A DNA stretch of 64,000 bases from an uncultured Actinomycetes bacterium (GTDB taxonomy: Bacteria; Actinomycetota; UBA4738; HRBIN12): the NCBI GenBank assembly GCA_963762075.1, contig CAVXJC010000006.1, positions 503,943-567,942 of the forward strand, given 5' to 3'. Made by a program: the position numbers and the translations under genes. The number at the start of each line of letters is the position of its first letter. Position 1 is the stretch's first letter. Below the pieces are notes generated by a model. It worked only from the letters and a program-made list of their open reading frames with translations. It ran no database searches and had not been told where the DNA came from. Below, piece after piece: positions 18,101 through 27,918 of the stretch.

Positions 18101-19130
18101 TCAGGACGTGAACAGATGCTCGGCGATCTGGACCGCGTCGAGCGCCGCTCCTTTTCGCAGGTTGTCGGCGCAACTGAACAGCATGAGCGCGTCGTCGCGT
18201 CCCGGCACCTGCCTGACACGCCCCACGAGCGCCTCGTCGCCACCGGCGGCATCGAGAGGCGACGGGAACACCCCGTTCACGGGATCGTCCATGAGCCGAA
18301 CGCCCGGCGCCGATGACAACGCCTCGCGGGCTTCTGCGACCGTGATCGGTCGGGAGAACTCGGCGAGCATCGAGACGGCGTGACCTGTGACGACGGGCAC
18401 CCGAACGGAGGTCGCGACCACGCGCATACCGGGTGCGCTCAGGATCTTGCGCGGCTCGGCCATCATCTTCGATTCCTCGCCGGTGAAGCCGTCGGCCTCG
18501 AACTCCCCGATCTTCGCGACCACGTTGAAGGCGATCGGCTTCGCGAAAACCTCGCCCTGTGGCAGAGCGTCGCGTCGGGATGGGCGAGCGACTCGATGTC
18601 GCCTCCGAGCTTGTCGACCTGCTCGGCGAGCTCACGCGTTCCCTTCATGCCCGCGCCGCTCACCGCCTGATAGCTCGAGAGCACGAGCGAGACACACCCC
18701 GCCGCGCGATGCAGCGGACCCAGCGCGAGCACGGCGGTGATCGCGGTGCAGTTCGGCACCGCGATGATGCCCGGGTGCGGCCAGCCCTCGAGCGCCTCCG
18801 GGTTCACCTCGGGCACCGAGAGCGGCACGTCGGGGTCCATGCGGAAGGCACTCGAGTTGTCGATGCAGACCGTCCGTTCGACGCGATGTCGGGCAGGAAC
18901 GCTTTCGATGTCGACGCGCCGGCCGAGACGAAAGCCACGTCGGCCCCGCGTGCAGCTTCGATGGAGAGCTCACGCACCTCGTGCTCTTCCCCCGCGAACT
19001 CGACGAGGCGACCTGCGCTACGGGTACTGGCCAGCAGCACGAGCTCGTCGACGGGGAAGCGTCGCTCCTCGAGGATGCGGAGCATCTCCCGGCCGACCGC
19101 CCCGGTGGCTCCGATGACCGCGATCTTCAT
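18101..19130 (-). pseudogene. asd: Aspartate-semialdehyde dehydrogenase, interrupted by two -1 frameshifts
   Basis: Three consecutive minus-strand ORFs (19130-18804, 18840-18463, 18523-18101) in frames 2, 0 and 1 together reconstruct Asd (MKIAVIGATGAVG...[15 protein letters not shown]...[14 protein letters not shown]...). Confidence 0.75.
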
Positions 19131-19167
19131 GGTCGTTCAACGCTACCAGCGAGCACGGACCGCCCGG

Positions 19168-19866
19168 TCAGATGAACCGCCAGCTCTCGAGCAGATCGTC
19201 GAGTCGGTTGAGGCTCGCCTCGAAACCGACTTGCTCGTCGGCGAGCGTCACGCGCCAGGCGATGCCCTCCCGCGCGAACAGCACCTCACGCGACCTCACA
19301 TCACCATCGGGACCACCGAGCGTCACGTCGAATGCGACCGCATCGACGCCGTCGACCTCCATGGACCTCGACCCGCTCGTCGTGGCGCCGGCGCTCTCGT
19401 CGTAGCCGCGCACGAACTGCTCGAAGCGAGCCAGGTCCTGACCCCTGGTGAGTGGCACAGCGGTGACCGTGATGACGGCAGCACCGTCCTGCAGCAGGAA
19501 GCGATCGAGCGGACTGTCCGCTTCTCGAGCCGCAGCCGAGACCCATCCGGCCGGGGTGCTCGCGCAGTATCCGAACCGAACGGATCTGAAGTCGGCGTCC
19601 TCGCACGCGGCGCCGCCGCGTGCCCATGACACCAACGCGAAACCGGCTGCGCCGACGAGCAGTATCAACGCGAGGGCGAACAGCACCGGGATGGTGGCCC
19701 GCGGCGACTCCTGCTCATCGGGAGGTGGCGACCCAGGGGCCTCGTCATGGCCGCCCTTCGAGGGAGGCGGCGGCATGCGGGGATCCAACGGTGGAAGCGG
19801 GAGCGACGACGCCAGGCCATCGGCGGCGCCTTCCGCGATCGCATCGCCGAGGTCGCCGAGGTCCAT
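19168..19866 (-). CDS. Hypothetical membrane-anchored protein (Pro-rich N-terminus, single TM)
   Basis: TM segment IPVLFALALILLVGAAGFALV; lies between ask and asd; start overlaps the ask stop. Confidence 0.55.
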   Translation of the reverse strand: MDLGDLGDAIAEGAADGLASSLPLPPLDPRMPPPPSKGGHDEAPGSPPPDEQESPRATIPVLFALALILLVGAAGFALVSWARGGAACEDADFRSVRFGYCASTPAGWVSAAAREADSPLDRFLLQDGAAVITVTAVPLTRGQDLARFEQFVRGYDESAGATTSGSRSMEVDGVDAVAFDVTLGGPDGDVRSREVLFAREGIAWRVTLADEQVGFEASLNRLDDLLESWRFI

Positions 19867-19871
19867 GTTCG

Positions 19872-21120
19872 TCAGCCCGTGGGGATCTCGGGTGTCGAGC
19901 CCGATTCGTCGAGCCCGAAGCGGTCGTGCACGACCCTTACCGCTCGCTCACCATCGGCCTCGCGGATCACGCACGATATACGGATCGGCGATGTGGAGAT
20001 CATCTCGATGTTGATGCCTTGGCCGGCGAGCGAATCGAACATGTCGGCGGCCACCCCCGGGTGCGTCTTCATGCCAGCGCCCACGAGTGAGAGCTTCGCG
20101 ATGTCGTCGTCGATCGTGTACGAGTCGGCGCCGATCTCCTTCACGAGGCGCTCCATCACGCTGGCGACCCGCGGCAGATCCGCACGAGGGGCTGTGAACG
20201 ACAGATCAGTGGCGCCCGCATGCGACACGTTCTGCACGATCATGTCGATCGAGATGGCATCGTCGGCGATCGCCTTGAATACCGTTGCCGCCATCCCCGG
20301 CCGGTCGGGCACGCGGTCGAGCGTCACCTTCGCTTCGTCGGTGTCGAGCGCCACACCCGAGATCAGCACGCCTTCCATCGGTTCATCGACCTCCTGGACC
20401 CATGTTCCCTGCTCGTCGTCGAACGACGACCGTACGTGCAGGCGCACGCCCGTGCGACGCGCGTACTCGACCGAGCGCGATTGCAACACGTTCGCACCCG
20501 CAGCCGCCAACTCGAGCATCTCGTCGTAGCTCACGACGTCGAGCTTGCGCGCCGCCGCGACGATGCGAGGGTCGGTCGTGTAGATGCCGGCCACGTCGCT
20601 GTAGATCTCACACACCTCCGCCCCGATCGCCGCGGCCATCGCGACCGCCGTGAGATCGGAGCCTCCTCGGCCGAGGGTCGTGATCTCGAACTGGCTGACA
20701 CTCAGTCCCTGGAAGCCCGCGAGCACCACGACGTTGCCCGCACCAAGGGCCTCGAGGATGCGCCCTGGACGGATCTCGACGATCTTGGCTTGCCCGTGCT
20801 GGTGGTCGGTCATGATGCCCGCTTGCGACCCGGTGTAGCTCGCCGCCCGGCACCCTCTGGCGTTGATCGCGATGCCGAGCAACGACATCGCGATGCGCTC
20901 CCCGGCGGTGAGCAGCATGTCGAGCTCACGAGGATCGGGCACGGTCGCGATCTCGGTCGCCATGGCGAGCAGCTCATCGGTCGTGTGGCCCATCGCCGAG
21001 ACCACGACCACGACGTCGTTGCCGCTCTCGCGAGCGTGCACGACCCGATCGGCAACAGCCTCGATACGCTCGACCGACTCGACCGAGGTGCCGCCGTACT
21101 TCTGGACGATGATGGGCACG
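19872..21120 (-). CDS. lysC: Aspartate kinase
   Basis: IIVQKYGGTSV start region, ACT domains; GAGGAG RBS 9 nt upstream of the GTG at 21120; the ORF extends in-frame upstream but this is the plausible start. Confidence 0.9.
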
Positions 21121-21160
21121 CCGCGTCGCTCCTCGCCGTCGTGCGATCCCGAGTCCGAGT

Positions 21161-23248
21161 CTAGCCGCGGGCACCGCCGGTACCGGGAACGGCGAGCGCG
21201 CGGTGGAGGAAGTCGACCTCGATCTGGAGCATCGCCTCTGCGGCCGCGGGCTCGACCGGGCGGTGCGTGATGCCGCTGAGCGGGATCATCGTGTGGGGGC
21301 AGCCGGCTTCCATGAGAGCCTTGGTCATGCGGAGCGAGTGCGCGACGAAAACGTTGTCGTCGGCGATGCCATGGATCAGCAGCAGGTCTCCTTGCAGCTT
21401 CGGAGCGTCGGGGATGAGGTCGGCGTTGGCGTAGGCCTCGACGTCGGCATCGGGCATGCCGAGGTAGCGCTCGGTGTAGTGCGTGTCGTACAGACGCATG
21501 TCGGTCACCGGCGCCCCCGAGATGCCGGCGCGGAACACGTCGGGCCGACGCAGCAGGGCGGCAAGGGTCAGGTACCCCCCGTAGGACCATCCCCTGATCG
21601 CGACCCGGGAGAGATCGAGGAACGTGAATCGCTCGGCTGCCGCGCGCAAACCCTCGACCTGGTCCTCGAGCGCCACATCGACGTAGCTCCGGTAGACCGA
21701 CTGGTCCCAGTCGACACCGCGAAACGGAGTGCCGCGCCCGTCGATCACGAGCACGGCGAAGCCTTGGTCGGCCAGCCATTGCGACTCGAGCAGCGGGCGC
21801 TGGGCGCGCACGACACGTCCCCAATGCGGCCCCCCGTATGGGTCGAGCAACACCGGCAGCGGCTCGGTGGGGTCGTGTCCGTCGGGCGTGAACATCGCAG
21901 TCCGCAGCTCTCTCGGTCCCGCCGAGAAGAACACCGGTTGGGCCACGATCACCGGCGACTCCGCGACCAGCTCGAACACGTGCAGGGTCTCGCTGCCGCG
22001 GACGAGCCGCGCCCTGGCATGCGGCTCATCGACGGTCTCGGTGACGAGAACGGCGAGTTTTCCTGACGCCAGGCAGGTGTGCTGCCCCACGACATCGCTG
22101 ATGCGCTCGAGCGAGCCGTCGGCGGCAAGCTTCCACACGTGCATCTCGGTAGGCTCGCGGGTGGCCGTGAACCACACGTCGTCGGCCGCCTCGATGACGG
22201 AGTCGACCTGCAGCCCGACCGGCGAGGCGGGATCGCCGTCGATCAGCAGCATCCGTGTGTCGTCGCGGTGACCAACGGTGAGCAGGCGCCCACCGGGAAG
22301 CCACGCCGGCACGCCCGGCGTGATGTGTGTCCACCGTTCGTCGGTATCAGACCACACGACCTCGGTCACACCGGTATCGGGATCGATCGCGAGCACCAGC
22401 ATGTCGCGCTGAACTCTCGATTGCACGAGCGCGAGGGGTGGGCCTTCGTCGGTCCACGACACCGAGACTACGTACTCGAACGCGTCGCGGTCCCACGCGA
22501 CGTCGGCGCGAGAACCGTCGATGCCGAGCACATGCAGGGTCACGTTCGAGTTCGCGGTGCCTGCCTGTGGGTAACGCACCTGGCGTGGCTCGGCGGCCGG
22601 ATCGATCGGTGACGCGATATGCCAGACGCCGACCGGGCGATCGTCGACACGGCACGCGAGCAAGCGTTGCCCGTCGGGCGCCCACCAGTGGCCGCGCAGG
22701 CGTTCCATCTCTTCGGCCGCGATGAACTCTGCCACGCCCCACCGGACATCGGCGTCGGGGTCCTCGGCCAGCACCGAGTCAACGCCCCGATCCAGGGCGA
22801 TCGTGCGAAGGGCGCCGTCGGCCTCGTAGGCGACGCGCTCGCCGGTCGGATCGAGGCGCGGGTCGAACGGGTTCCCCGAGGTTTCGATCGCTCGCGTCTC
22901 ACCGCTGACCAGGTCGGTGACGTGCAGCTGCCCGCCGGCAGCGAAGGTCGCACGCCGAAGACCGGGGTCGGTGTCGTACGACGTGACGCCCGACAGCGGC
23001 TCGCGTGCGCGTTCCCGGCGATCGAGCTCTTCCTGGGTGACGAGCTCCTCAGCCGCCGCGGGGTGGTACACCTCGCGTTCCTCGCCGGTCGCGACATCAA
23101 GCACCCAGAGACCCGCCACCGTGTCGTCGCCCGAGCGCGTTCGCAGGAAGCTGACGCGCGAACCGTCATCGGCGATGCGGAAGCCTCTCGGCAATCCGAG
23201 GTTGAACCCTCGCGTGCGCGCGAACTGCCGGGGGAACGACTCGGTCAC
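21161..23248 (-). CDS. S9 family serine peptidase (dipeptidyl-aminopeptidase / prolyl oligopeptidase-like; beta-propeller + alpha/beta hydrolase)
   Basis: GWSYGGY nucleophile motif and C-terminal D/H; GTG start overlapping the upstream stop as GTGA. Confidence 0.8.
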   Translation of the reverse strand: MTESFPRQFARTRGFNLGLPRGFRIADDGSRVSFLRTRSGDDTVAGLWVLDVATGEEREVYHPAAAEELVTQEELDRRERAREPLSGVTSYDTDPGLRRATFAAGGQLHVTDLVSGETRAIETSGNPFDPRLDPTGERVAYEADGALRTIALDRGVDSVLAEDPDADVRWGVAEFIAAEEMERLRGHWWAPDGQRLLACRVDDRPVGVWHIASPIDPAAEPRQVRYPQAGTANSNVTLHVLGIDGSRADVAWDRDAFEYVVSVSWTDEGPPLALVQSRVQRDMLVLAIDPDTGVTEVVWSDTDERWTHITPGVPAWLPGGRLLTVGHRDDTRMLLIDGDPASPVGLQVDSVIEAADDVWFTATREPTEMHVWKLAADGSLERISDVVGQHTCLASGKLAVLVTETVDEPHARARLVRGSETLHVFELVAESPVIVAQPVFFSAGPRELRTAMFTPDGHDPTEPLPVLLDPYGGPHWGRVVRAQRPLLESQWLADQGFAVLVIDGRGTPFRGVDWDQSVYRSYVDVALEDQVEGLRAAAERFTFLDLSRVAIRGWSYGGYLTLAALLRRPDVFRAGISGAPVTDMRLYDTHYTERYLGMPDADVEAYANADLIPDAPKLQGDLLLIHGIADDNVFVAHSLRMTKALMEAGCPHTMIPLSGITHRPVEPAAAEAMLQIEVDFLHRALAVPGTGGARG

Positions 23249-23793
23249 ACGCGATCCTCGGCTGCGCCGAGCTTGACGACAGCGTCGCCGACCCGAACCG
23301 TTCCGCCCTCGACGACGAGTGCGTTCATGCCACGAAGCCGCGCGGCCCTTCCTTCTCGGGAGCTCACGAATCGGAGGGCCTCGTCGCCGAATCGAGACGA
23401 AAACTTCGAGCATCCCGTATGCGGCTTGGAGCTCGCTTCCAGCAGCGCCTCGCCGATGCGGAGCCTGGTTCCGGGAGGCAGGTTCGCCAGGCTCAGGTCC
23501 AGGTCGACGAAGAGCTGGTCGCCTGCGAGCGGCCACCGATCGACATCGCCCGCCAGCAGCGCGATACACCGGACGTTCATCAGGGTGACCTCTGCGTCTG
23601 GGTTCGGACGCGGCCTCGAGCTCCATGAGTCGCCCACCACACCTCGGCCGGGCTCGATACGCGCCTCGGTCACGACCTCACGCTCGTCCTCGGCGGGTCG
23701 CCGCACGACCAACTCGAGCCTGCCCTCATCACGCGGCGACCCCAGGATGTGCCCGAGCCCTTCCCGCAGCTCCTCGAGCCCGAGAACAGTCAC
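23245..23793 (-). CDS. MOSC domain-containing protein
   Basis: MOSC-like C-terminal region; GTG start with GGGAGG RBS; stop overlaps the S9 peptidase start. Confidence 0.65.
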   Translation of the reverse strand: MTVLGLEELREGLGHILGSPRDEGRLELVVRRPAEDEREVVTEARIEPGRGVVGDSWSSRPRPNPDAEVTLMNVRCIALLAGDVDRWPLAGDQLFVDLDLSLANLPPGTRLRIGEALLEASSKPHTGCSKFSSRFGDEALRFVSSREGRAARLRGMNALVVEGGTVRVGDAVVKLGAAEDRV

Positions 23794-23848
23794 GTGAGAT
23801 CGCCTCCCCGTTCGGATCGGTGGACGCCATCGAACGTACCATCGCGTC

Positions 23849-24871
23849 ATGCGCGCTTGGCTCCTGCACGGGACCGACGGCCCCGAGTCGTATGCGCTCG
23901 GCGACATACCGACGCCCGAGCCCGGGGTCGGTGAGGTGCGGGTGGCGCTGCGTGCATCGGCCTTGAACCATCTCGATCTATGGGTGTCTCGGGGCCTGCC
24001 CGCTCCGCCCTCATCGCCCCACGTCGGCGGCGCCGACGGGGCCGGCGTCATCGATGCGATCGGTGGAGGCGTCGACGACGTCGCGGTCGGTGACGAGGTC
24101 GTGATCGATCCGTCCACGTCGTGCGGCACCTGCTCGTCGTGCCTGCGCGGCGACGTACCGTTCTGTCGCGATTTCCGCATCATCGGCGAGCACCGCTCGG
24201 GGACCCACGGCGAAGCGGTCGTCGTGCCGGCCGAGAACGTGCGATCGAAGCCATCGCCGCTCTCGTGGGAGCGGGCCGCCGCGTCGGGACTCGTGACTTC
24301 GTCGGCGTTGCGGATGCTCCGCCGCGCGCGGTTCGAACCTGGAGCCGACGTGCTCGTCGTCGGAGTAGGCGGCGGCACGTCGAGCGCCGCCCTGCTGCTG
24401 GCCCTCGCGCTCGGCGCCGGCACCGTCTGGGTGACCTCCCGCGACGAGCGCAAGCTGTCTTGGGCGGTCGATCACGGCGCGGCGGGAGGCTGGATCACCT
24501 CGGAGCCATACGACGAGGGCGTTCGCCAGGCGACCGAAGGCCGAGGCGTCGACGTCGTCGTCGACAACGTCGGCTCCATCACGTTCGCGCGATCGCTCCG
24601 CTCGCTCACTCGAGGCGGGCGCCTCGTGACGAACGGATCGACAACCGGCCGAACCGCCGAGCTGCACCTTCCGGCGTTGTTCTGGAGACAGCTCGAGGTG
24701 ATCGGTTCGACGATGAACGATCACAGGGAGTTCGCCGACGCCATGCAGCTCGTCGGCAGCGGAACGGTCGAGATCCCGATCGACGCGACCTATCCGTTCG
24801 AGGCATTTCCCACGGCACTGGCGAGGCTCGACTCGGGGGACCATCTCGGCAAGATCGTGCTCGGCCGCTGA
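23849..24871 (+). CDS. Zn-dependent alcohol dehydrogenase / quinone oxidoreductase (MDR family)
   Basis: Structural-zinc motif CGTCSSCLRGDVPFC, Rossmann VVGVGGG. Confidence 0.8.
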   Translation: MRAWLLHGTDGPESYALGDIPTPEPGVGEVRVALRASALNHLDLWVSRGLPAPPSSPHVGGADGAGVIDAIGGGVDDVAVGDEVVIDPSTSCGTCSSCLRGDVPFCRDFRIIGEHRSGTHGEAVVVPAENVRSKPSPLSWERAAASGLVTSSALRMLRRARFEPGADVLVVGVGGGTSSAALLLALALGAGTVWVTSRDERKLSWAVDHGAAGGWITSEPYDEGVRQATEGRGVDVVVDNVGSITFARSLRSLTRGGRLVTNGSTTGRTAELHLPALFWRQLEVIGSTMNDHREFADAMQLVGSGTVEIPIDATYPFEAFPTALARLDSGDHLGKIVLGR

Positions 24872-24996
24872 ATGGAACCACCACGGGCCGCGCACGCGTC
24901 ACAACCGTGTCACACGCCGGTACCCCCGCGGCATGTCCTGGTCGTACTGCTCCACGTATCGCCCGGCCCCGCGGGACGGACACGAGAGGTGAGGCC

Positions 24997-25584
24997 GTGC
25001 TCGAAGAGCGCACCGATTCCGAGCTGCTGATCGCATCGCGCACCGAACCAGAAGCATTCACCGAGCTCTACCGGCGTCACGCCGAGGATCTGCTGCGCTA
25101 CTTCGCACGGCGCACCCTCGATCCCGAGACGGCGGCCGAGCTGACCGCCGAGACGTTCGCCGAAGCGTTCGCTTCGCGCGCCAACTATCGAGACCAAGGG
25201 GTGAACGGCGTGGCATGGCTCTACGGCATCGCCCGACACCGGCTCGGACGGTTCTTCCGCAGCGGCCGCGTCGAGGCCGCAGCCCGCCGCAGGCTCGGCA
25301 TGCCCGAGCGCGACCTCGCTCCCCAGGACTACGAGCGCATCGAAGACCTGATCGACTTCGCACCGATCCGCGAGGCTCTGGTCGAAGCGCTCGACACGCT
25401 GAACGAAGAGCAGCGCGACGCCCTTCGCCTGCGGGTGATCGACGGCCTCGGATACGCCGAAGTCGCCGAACGCCTGAAGTGCACGGAACAGAACGCCCGA
25501 CAGCGGGTGAGCCGGGGCCTGAGGAAGATCGCACTGCTGCTGCAGGAACGTGGATTGCAGCTCACCACGGAGGTTGAGACATGA
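24997..25584 (+). CDS. ECF (sigma-70 family) RNA polymerase sigma factor
   Basis: Region 2 and region 4 motifs (AETFAEAF..., LGYAEVAERLKCTEQNARQRVSRGL); GTG start at 24997. Confidence 0.8.
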   Translation: MLEERTDSELLIASRTEPEAFTELYRRHAEDLLRYFARRTLDPETAAELTAETFAEAFASRANYRDQGVNGVAWLYGIARHRLGRFFRSGRVEAAARRRLGMPERDLAPQDYERIEDLIDFAPIREALVEALDTLNEEQRDALRLRVIDGLGYAEVAERLKCTEQNARQRVSRGLRKIALLLQERGLQLTTEVET

Positions 25585-25686
25585 ACACCGACATCAAGGC
25601 ACTGCAGTTGTTGGAACGAGACCTCGAGGCGGTCGCCGCGCGAGAGCGCGACCGGCTCGCCTCGCTCGAGCGGGCCCTCGACGGCG

Positions 25687-26772
25687 ATGGACCTGGTGCG
25701 CCGCGCGCACCTTCCCCGGCGCGGACGCGGCGGTTCACACGCATGGAGCGGTATCGCCGCGGCCCTGGTCGCGGTGCTCGTGCTCGCAGGCGGGATCGGC
25801 TTCCTGTCACAGGGCGGAGGCTCGGGCAACGACGCCGAACCGGCGAGCGGAGGTTCGGACTCGGTCTCCAAGGGCGCTCTGCAAGCAACTCCGGCCCCCG
25901 CCCGCGAGGAGAGTGCTGCAGATCAAGCTGTGGCTCCCGGCACAGGTGGGTTCATAGAATCGCCGAACGAGCGCCTGCAAGCGGAGAACGATGCCGCGAT
26001 GTCCTACCTCGGTCAAGCAGGTGGTGGAAACGCGGCCGACCCTGCCCCACGCGAAGGAGTCGGGGCGATTCCCGCGACGCAGGGTGATCTCACGAAGATC
26101 GTCCGCGACGGACGCATCGGAATCGTGATCGCCGACGGTTCCTTCTCCAAGGGCGTCTCGCGCGTCACGCAGATCGCGCGGTCGACCGGTGGCTTCGTGC
26201 TCGAATCCACCTCGCGCGACGAGCGTTCCGGCACGCTGACCCTGCGCATCCCGGCGAGGCGGTTCGACGACGCCATGCTCGCGCTCCGCGGGCTCGCCGA
26301 CGAGCTCGATGGCGAGGTCGAGTTCCAAGACATCAGCGGGCAGGACGTCACGGCCGAGTTCATCGACCTCGGCGCCCGCCTCGAGATCCTGCAGGACCGA
26401 CGGGATCTGCTCCGCGACATCCAGGCCGACGCGACCTCGTCGTCGGAGATCCTGCGGCTCGCCGCGCTGATCGACGACGTGACCCTGCAGATCGAGAACA
26501 TCCAGGGACGGCTGAACTTCCTGAAGGATCAGGTTGCCGAGGCCACGATCAAGGTCGAGGTACGCGAACGCGACGTCGAGCGCGAGGATCCGAGCCCTGA
26601 TCCTGAGAATCCGAGCCTCACCGACTCGTTCGAGCTCGCCCTCCAAGGATTCCTGCGCATCGTCGGTGCGATCGTGATCGGCCTCGGCTACCTGATCCCG
26701 CTCGCTGTGATCGCGCTGCTCGTCTGGGGTGTGCTCACGCTGGTGCGGCGTCGCGATCGCGGAGCCAGCTGA
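25687..26772 (+). CDS. DUF4349-type membrane protein, putative anti-sigma factor partner
   Basis: N-terminal TM WSGIAAALVAVLVLAGGIGFL, coiled-coil C-terminal region and C-terminal TM. An alternative start is the ATG at 25581 (overlapping the sigma stop as ATGA), but that needs a +1 frame change near 25725. Confidence 0.65.
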   Translation: MDLVRRAHLPRRGRGGSHAWSGIAAALVAVLVLAGGIGFLSQGGGSGNDAEPASGGSDSVSKGALQATPAPAREESAADQAVAPGTGGFIESPNERLQAENDAAMSYLGQAGGGNAADPAPREGVGAIPATQGDLTKIVRDGRIGIVIADGSFSKGVSRVTQIARSTGGFVLESTSRDERSGTLTLRIPARRFDDAMLALRGLADELDGEVEFQDISGQDVTAEFIDLGARLEILQDRRDLLRDIQADATSSSEILRLAALIDDVTLQIENIQGRLNFLKDQVAEATIKVEVRERDVEREDPSPDPENPSLTDSFELALQGFLRIVGAIVIGLGYLIPLAVIALLVWGVLTLVRRRDRGAS

Positions 26773-27325
26773 GCGCCCGGAACCGTTCGGCTGCTGCCGA
26801 GGCCACATGCGCGTCTTGTCCCGCGCGGCCCTCGGTGGCGCCGAACCAGGCGTCTGCTTCGAGCCATGCGGTCTCGATCTCGTTGTGGGGCCGCAGCCGG
26901 CCGTGTGAGCGGAACGCATCGACCGACCCGTAGCGCGTGATCGCCCCGTCGAGGTGCTGTTGTTCGAACTCGAGCCCGTACGGGGGCATGCGCTCCAGGT
27001 GATGGAGCGCCCAGAGCAGGGTGCCGAGCGCTTCCTTGCGCCACATCGCATCGGCCACAGCCTCGCGTGGCCACGACCCTGAGGGCGACTCGAGAAGCGA
27101 CCGTTCGGCGGCGGTGACCGCGGGCCAAACGGCCTCGCGTTCGAGCCAGTCGTCGGTCTCTCGGCGTGCCGCCTCGGCTTGTCTGACACGGCCCGGATCG
27201 CCCTCCGACTCGTTCACGACGAACTCGATTGAGCCCCGACGCACGAACGCGTACAGCACGAGTGCCCGGTCGCTCACCTCATCAACGGTCGGCCTCGTCA
27301 CGTCGGGGTCGCCTCGACGCCTCAC
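26735..27325 (-). CDS. Hypothetical protein (DUF-type, ~196 aa)
   Basis: ORF with protein-like composition, convergent with the DUF4349 gene; no motif recognised. Confidence 0.45.
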   Translation of the reverse strand: MRRRGDPDVTRPTVDEVSDRALVLYAFVRRGSIEFVVNESEGDPGRVRQAEAARRETDDWLEREAVWPAVTAAERSLLESPSGSWPREAVADAMWRKEALGTLLWALHHLERMPPYGLEFEQQHLDGAITRYGSVDAFRSHGRLRPHNEIETAWLEADAWFGATEGRAGQDAHVASAAAERFRALSWLRDRDAAPA

Positions 27326-27915
27326 ATCTCGCGACGGCCGTCCAGTGCCTGGGAGAGGGTCACCTCGTCGGCGTACTCGAGATCGCCGCCGACCGGCAGG
27401 CCGCTCGCGAGCCGGGTCACCCGCACCCCGACCGGCTTCAGCAGCGCCGCCACGTACATCGCCGTCGCGTTGCCCTCGAGGTTGGGGTTCGTCGCCACGA
27501 TGACCTCGGTCACGTGGTCGCGTTCGACCCGGTCGAGCAGCTCCTGCACGCGAAGATCGTCGGGCCCGACACCGTCGAGCGGGCTGATCGCACCGCCCAA
27601 GATGTGGAAGCGACCCTTGATGAGCGAGGTCTTCTCGATCGTGGCGGCGTCCTTCGGGTCCTCGACCACACAGAGCAGCGTGCGGTCGCGCGACTCATCG
27701 CGGCAGATGCGGCAGAGATCGCCCTCGGCCACGTTGCCGCATTCCCGACAGAAAGCGATGCGATCCTTCGCCTGCACGATCGCGGCGGCGAGCCTCTTCG
27801 CGTCGGTGGGATCGGCCTTCACGAGCCAGAACGCGAGCCGCTGCGCCGATTTCGGTCCGACGCCGGGAAGTCGCGCGAGCTCGTCGATCAGCTCCTGGAT
27901 GGGACCTTCGTACAC
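27322..27915 (-). CDS. recR: Recombination protein RecR
   Basis: Hh[19 protein letters not shown], Cys4 zinc finger CRECGNV...CRIC, Toprim. Confidence 0.95.
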   Translation of the reverse strand: MYEGPIQELIDELARLPGVGPKSAQRLAFWLVKADPTDAKRLAAAIVQAKDRIAFCRECGNVAEGDLCRICRDESRDRTLLCVVEDPKDAATIEKTSLIKGRFHILGGAISPLDGVGPDDLRVQELLDRVERDHVTEVIVATNPNLEGNATAMYVAALLKPVGVRVTRLASGLPVGGDLEYADEVTLSQALDGRREM

Positions 27916-27918
27916 CGA

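Noticed and set aside
25581-26087. The 168-aa ORF starting at the ATGA overlap with the sigma-factor stop, considered as an independent gene
   Set aside because: Only the first ~45 aa are plausible; the remainder is Arg-rich read-through. I treated it as a possible N-terminal extension of the DUF4349 gene (see findings), not a separate CDS.
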